NCBI GenBank assembly: GCA_013153515.1
Contig: JAADEI010000102.1
Location: 2,721-66,720 of the forward strand
From: Chlorobiota bacterium
Lineage (GTDB): Bacteria; Bacteroidota; Bacteroidia; JAADEI01
Reading direction: 5' to 3'
Length of the DNA stretch: 64,000 nt
Positions 61,001 to 64,000 of this stretch are shown here, in pieces (the stretch's first letter is position 1; every line of letters begins with the position of its first letter). The position numbers and the translations under genes are program-made. Below the pieces are notes generated by a model. The model was given only the letters and a program-made list of their open reading frames with translations, had not been told where the DNA came from and searched no databases.

Positions 61001-61126
61001 GCTTACTGTCGGCTCAAGAGTCAGAGTGTAAACGGTTAGTGCCACTATGAATACAATCCATCCACTAATATGATTGATAACATTAAACTTCTTTTCCATG
61101 AGCACCAAATTTGCCATTACAAACAT
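58028..61126 (-). CDS. DUF2723-family large polytopic membrane protein (glycosyltransferase-like) with C-terminal TPR-like region
   Basis: 1032 aa. N-terminal [34 protein letters not shown] signature, about 13 TM segments, and a soluble C-terminal helical-repeat domain. Confidence 0.65.
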   Translation of the reverse strand: [1032 protein letters not shown]

Positions 61127-61268
61127 AGGATATAAGACTTAATTTTGCATTGAAGATTTTGCACTGGGAAAAACGGAAGTTTTCCACAATCCACATTGTT
61201 TATGTCAAAGCCTTATCCAGCCTTGATTTCACCGTTTTAATACCCAACTTAAAAATTTTCAGTCTCTC

Positions 61269-61276
61269 TAACTTTG
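61269..61276 (+). promoter_or_regulatory. -7 promoter element TAACTTTG upstream of the ribonucleotide reductase gene
   Basis: Exact TAnnTTTG 44 nt upstream of the ATG at 61320. A second TAATTTTG lies at about 61150-61157. Confidence 0.35.
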
Positions 61277-61319
61277 GAGAGCCTAAAATCAGATCATTTA
61301 ACCAATAAAATTTGTGAAT

Positions 61320-64000
61320 ATGGCTTTGAACCTTGTTAAGAAAAGAGATGGACGCATCGTTGAGTTTGATGTCAGGAAAATAGAAATGGCTATCACCAAA
61401 GCCTTTGAAGCAGTTAATGAATACAACGGAATCCTTTACATCCCTGACATTGTGGCAAGCGTCGTTAAAGAACTGGAACAGAAATACGGAGACGAGAAAA
61501 TCCCTTCTGTTGAAGACATCCAAGACATAGTTGAAAGAAAAATAGCGGAGGCAGGATTCTTTGACGTCGCTAAAGCATATATTCTCTACCGCAAAGAACG
61601 GGAAAAAATCAGGAAAGAAAAGCAACAGAAACTATTTGAACAAATAGACAGAGGCGAGATCACAGTGACCAAACGGGATGGTTCCCGTGTGCCTTTTGAC
61701 ATAAATGAATTATCCGTTGCAATTAAAGCCATCTGCTCTGATTATGCCGATATAGTTGATGCCCAAGAAGTCATTGAACAAGTTAAAAAATACATCTATG
61801 ATGGCATTAAAACACATGAGATAAACCTTGCTATTGTCTTAGTTCTGCGAGGTTGGATAGAAAAAGACCCAATTTATAGCTTTGCTGCCGCCAGAGCCCT
61901 GCTAAACACTATCTACAAAGAAGTTATTGGAAAGTATGAGTTTGAAGAAGATTTTATGCACTACTACAGAATGCAATTCATCTCTTCCATTAAGCACGGC
62001 GTTGAACAGGGACGCTACAGACCTGAACTGCTTGAAAAATTTGACCTTGAAAGACTCGCCAAAACACTTGATATTACAAGAGACAGGATAATTAAATACC
62101 TTGGCTTACAAACGCTTTACGACAGGTATCTTATGAGGGACTATGACCAAAAAATTATTGAAGTTCCACAGTATTTCTGGATGCGAGTGGCTATGGGACT
62201 TGCCCTAAACGAAAAATCCAATCACACGGATTGGGCAATCAAATTCTATAACCTAATGTCCACACTTCGCTATGTCCCAAGCACACCAACACTATTCCAT
62301 TCTGGGACGCCACGTTCCCAAATGAGTTCATGCTACATCCTCACCGTTGAAGACGACCTTGACCACATATTCAAATCCATCAGGGACGTTGCAGTCCTTG
62401 CTAAGTGGAGCGGAGGAATAGGTATTGACTGGACAAATGTTCGGGCAACAGGTGCTCTTATCAAAAGCATTAACGTCCATTCCCAAGGCGTCATACCATT
62501 CCTTAAAATCCTTGATGCCACCACAGCAGCCATCAACAGAAGTGGGAAGCGGCGGGGAGCCACATGTGCATACCTTGAATTGTGGCACTATGATATTGAA
62601 GACTTCCTTGAATTGCGTAAGAACACAGGAGATGAGCGACGCCGAACGCATGACCTGAACACGGCAGTATGGGTACCAGACCTGTTCATGAAAAGGCTCA
62701 TCAACAATGAAACTTGGACACTGTTCTCACCAGATGAAACGCCAGAATTGCATCACACATACGGTTCTAAATTGGAGGAAATTTATACGAAATACGAACA
62801 ATTAGCCGATGAAGGAAAAATCAGATTATTCAAGAAAATTCCCGCAAAGAAACTATGGCGTAAGTTAATAACTATGCTATATGAAACTGGTCACCCGTGG
62901 ATAACATTCAAAGACCCGTGCAACGTCAGGTCGCCACAAGACCACGCAGGAATGATATATTCATCTAACCTGTGCACCGAAATAACGCTTAATACCAGTC
63001 GGGATGAGCATGCTGTCTGTAACCTCGGATCCGTTAACATGTCCAGACATATTGATGAAAACGGCGAAATAGATTGGAACAAACTGAGAGATACAGTTAA
63101 GTTAGCCGTCAGAATGCTTGATAATGTTATTGATCTGAACTTCTATCCCACTAAGGAAGCTGAAAACGCTAATTTGCGACACAGGGCAGTGGGACTGGGA
63201 ATGATGGGCTTGCAAGATGTCCTTTTTAAAAAACGTATTCCTTTCGACACATGGGAAGCCGTTGAACTGTCCGATAAGATAATGGAGTTCATCTCTTATT
63301 ATGCCATTCTCTCATCTTCAGAACTTGCCAAGGAAAGAGGAACTTACTCGTCTTATAAAGGCTCAAAATGGGACAGAGGATTGCTGCCAATCGACACAAT
63401 CAAACTGCTAGAGGAAGAAAGAGATGGCTATCTGGATATGGACACCTCAACATCACTGGATTGGTCGTTTGTCAGAGAACACATTAAGAAATATGGCATG
63501 CGAAACTCAAATGTTATGGCTATCGCACCAACAGCAACAATAGCAAACATCTCTGGTTGCTTCCCTTCAATTGAACCAATATATAAAAACATATACGTTA
63601 AGTCCAATGCCAGTGGAGAATTCGTAGTCATAAACGAATATCTCGTGGAAGACCTTAAAAGGCTTGAGTTATGGAACGACGAAACAAGGGAATTATTAAA
63701 ATATCACGATGGCAGACTGGATGACCTGTCCCTGCCCGCATGGCTCAAAAGACTCTATAAAACAGCTTTTGATATTGACCCTTCATGGGTTATAGAACAC
63801 GCTTCCAGAAGAGCTAAATGGCTTGACCAATCACAGTCAATTAACATCTGGACTAACTCAGAAAGCGGTTCCTTCGTTAGCAATATCTACACCTCCGCAT
63901 GGCGAAAAGGACTAAAAACAACCTATTATTTACGAACACTTGGAGCCTCTGCAATTGAAAAGGCTTCAGTGGACATTATCAAACATGAGAAAAAAGGAAC
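61320..64000 (+). CDS. nrdA: ribonucleoside-diphosphate reductase large (alpha) subunit, partial (3' end beyond window), two N-terminal ATP-cone domains
   Basis: Open frame from the ATG at 61320 to the window end, more than 893 aa. ATP-cone 1 (LVKKRDGRIVEFDVRKIEMAI) and ATP-cone 2 (VTKRDGSRVPFDINELSVAI). Catalytic-core motifs SSNLCTEI and CNLGSVN. The C-terminal end lies outside the window and the beta subunit is not seen, so class I versus class II is unresolved. Confidence 0.85.
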   Translation, partial: MALNLVKKRDGRIVEFDVRKIEMAITKAFEAVNEYNGILYIPDIVASVVKELEQKYGDEKIPSVEDIQDIVERKIAEAGFFDVAKAYILYRKEREKIRKEKQQKLFEQIDRGEITVTKRDGSRVPFDINELSVAIKAICSDYADIVDAQEVIEQVKKYIYDGIKTHEINLAIVLVLRGWIEKDPIYSFAAARALLNTIYKEVIGKYEFEEDFMHYYRMQFISSIKHGVEQGRYRPELLEKFDLERLAKTLDITRDRIIKYLGLQTLYDRYLMRDYDQKIIEVPQYFWMRVAMGLALNEKSNHTDWAIKFYNLMSTLRYVPSTPTLFHSGTPRSQMSSCYILTVEDDLDHIFKSIRDVAVLAKWSGGIGIDWTNVRATGALIKSINVHSQGVIPFLKILDATTAAINRSGKRRGATCAYLELWHYDIEDFLELRKNTGDERRRTHDLNTAVWVPDLFMKRLINNETWTLFSPDETPELHHTYGSKLEEIYTKYEQLADEGKIRLFKKIPAKKLWRKLITMLYETGHPWITFKDPCNVRSPQDHAGMIYSSNLCTEITLNTSRDEHAVCNLGSVNMSRHIDENGEIDWNKLRDTVKLAVRMLDNVIDLNFYPTKEAENANLRHRAVGLGMMGLQDVLFKKRIPFDTWEAVELSDKIMEFISYYAILSSSELAKERGTYSSYKGSKWDRGLLPIDTIKLLEEERDGYLDMDTSTSLDWSFVREHIKKYGMRNSNVMAIAPTATIANISGCFPSIEPIYKNIYVKSNASGEFVVINEYLVEDLKRLELWNDETRELLKYHDGRLDDLSLPAWLKRLYKTAFDIDPSWVIEHASRRAKWLDQSQSINIWTNSESGSFVSNIYTSAWRKGLKTTYYLRTLGASAIEKASVDIIKHEKKG

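Noticed and set aside
61127-61319. Cobalamin riboswitch or NrdR box upstream of the ribonucleotide reductase gene
   Set aside because: I saw no B12-box-like motif and no palindromic NrdR-box pair. Only -7 promoter-like elements are recognisable.
1-64000. Search for CRISPR arrays, IS elements/transposases, integrases and phage blocks
   Set aside because: I found no short direct-repeat/spacer periodicity and no transposase-, integrase- or recombinase-like ORF. The only notable repeat is the intragenic tandem duplication at 21642-22484. The tRNA-His has no adjacent integrase or direct repeat.

Overview
This 64 kb window looks like core chromosome from a Bacteroidota-like bacterium. Reasons: uncharacterized families typical of Bacteroidetes, a T9SS-type C-terminal domain, and several TAnnTTTG -7 promoter boxes. 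Genetic code 11; TGA, TAA and TAG are all used as stops. I could call about 50 protein genes, one tRNA-His(GTG) and no rRNA, CRISPR array, transposase or integrase.

Main content, 5' to 3':
- A tightly overlapping minus-strand operon: thioredoxin-like, mpg, lpxH-like, a hypothetical, prfA, an OmpA-like protein, a c-type heme lipoprotein, hutU and ridA.
- dnaK, a recO candidate, and a CarboxypepD_reg/DUF5686 protein.
- The rimP-nusA-infB operon.
- cysH (adenylyl-sulfate-reductase type), a DUF721/DciA-like gene, a bshB1-like deacetylase and a membrane protein.
- A secreted protein with two tandem 141-aa tail-fibre-like repeats, followed by a cytoplasmic ankyrin-repeat protein.
- A DUF1599 and DoxX-like pair, an orphan ABC permease, an rlmB-like methyltransferase, an M23 peptidase and guaA.
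- prfB with its programmed +1 frameshift, a PspC-domain protein, an enoyl-CoA hydratase, a pdhA-like E1 alpha and an MFS transporter.
- A czcCBA-type heavy-metal RND efflux operon, with a small His/Met-rich ORF upstream.
- panD, then the operon bshC-DUF4783-nadC-2-hydroxyacid dehydrogenase.
- A roughly 1270-aa TonB-dependent-type outer-membrane protein, a 1339-aa protein with a T9SS C-terminal domain, and a 370-aa protein that may be a PorV-like barrel.
- greA, a HIT protein, a ruvC-like gene, a DUF2723 membrane protein, and a partial ribonucleotide reductase alpha gene with two N-terminal ATP-cones.

The most unusual direct observation is the prfB recoding site. It reads CTT TAA C, so the in-frame stop is TAA rather than the RF2-specific TGA. 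I found no obvious defence island or mobile element; the most accessory-looking locus is the repeat-protein and ankyrin pair at 21.4-24.6 kb.
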